A stretch of 64,000 bases of DNA from Lama glama (Eukaryota), in contig CM052816.1 in the NCBI GenBank assembly GCA_028534125.1, positions 101,122,001 to 101,186,000 on the forward strand, read 5' to 3'. The position numbers and the translations under genes were made by a program. Shown here piece after piece: positions 63,417-64,000 of this stretch. Under the pieces are notes generated by a model. It did not search any database. It was not told the DNA's origin and worked only from the letters and a program-made list of their open reading frames with translations. Every line of letters starts with the position of its first letter. Position 1 is the first letter of the stretch.

Positions 63417-64000
63417 CTGGGGGCAAGAAAGGTGCGGATGAATCTGGATTGGGAACCCCGCATGTGCCGCGTCCCTCCTCCTCCTGCAGGCGAGCCCGCC
63501 TCGCCCGGCCCTCCACTCAGCCCACCTCGGACCCCAGGGATGCTGGTCTCCCTCATCGCTCATGTCCACTCTGGGGCAGGACAGAAGGCGCATCTCACTG
63601 CCCCCGGGTCCCCCCAGACATGCTCACCTCTCTTCCCACAGCTGCAAGGTCACCAGTTCCAGCGTCCACCTAAGACCCAGTCCCGACCCTTTTCCCACTG
63701 TCCCCCTCCTTCCGGTATGCGTGGCACCTTCAGGCTACGGCACGGGCGCCCGCTTTGTGTGCCTGACTCTCAGACGTGCTCTGCAGGCCTTGCCCTGCCC
63801 GTCACCACCCCCCAGCCTCACGACGCTGTTGGCAGCCTCCTTCCAACTCCACACCCACCTGTGCCCCCAAAGGTCCCCCTGCCCAGACTCTCAGTCAGAG
63901 ACACTGGCAGGTCAGCCCCGGGCTCAGGAGGGGGTGGAAAGAGCACTGCTGGGCCACATCTCCCCCACCACGTGTGTGTCCAGGGCCCCGTGGGGGCATT

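Overview
GC-rich mammalian genomic DNA, probably camelid (camel/alpaca/llama), judged from the tRNA-derived SINEs and L1 3' ends. The only protein-coding gene I can recognise is LPCAT1 (lysophosphatidylcholine acyltransferase 1). Its CpG-island promoter and coding exon 1 are on the + strand (59121-59255). A perfect 35-nt internal exon (DTITWTWQGPGA, exon 7 of the human gene as I recall it) lies on the MINUS strand at 63382-63416, just after a 500-N gap, so the contig beyond the gap is most likely misoriented. The preceding ~58 kb looks non-coding. By recalled human synteny (5p15.33) it is the interval between LPCAT1 and MRPL36/NDUFS6/IRX4. It holds L1, MaLR/ERVL LTRs, three copies of one ERV1-like solo LTR, a MER82-like DNA transposon, three SINEs, a 37/39-bp minisatellite, and several AT-rich non-repetitive islands that look like developmental enhancers. 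The most striking sequence-level signal is strongly directional A/T->G/C drift, with CpG gain, in some repeat copies but not their sisters, consistent with local GC-biased gene conversion. I found no evidence for a novel protein-coding system; nearly all listed ORFs look like GC-content artefacts. Repeat family names and human exon details come from memory, not from a database search.
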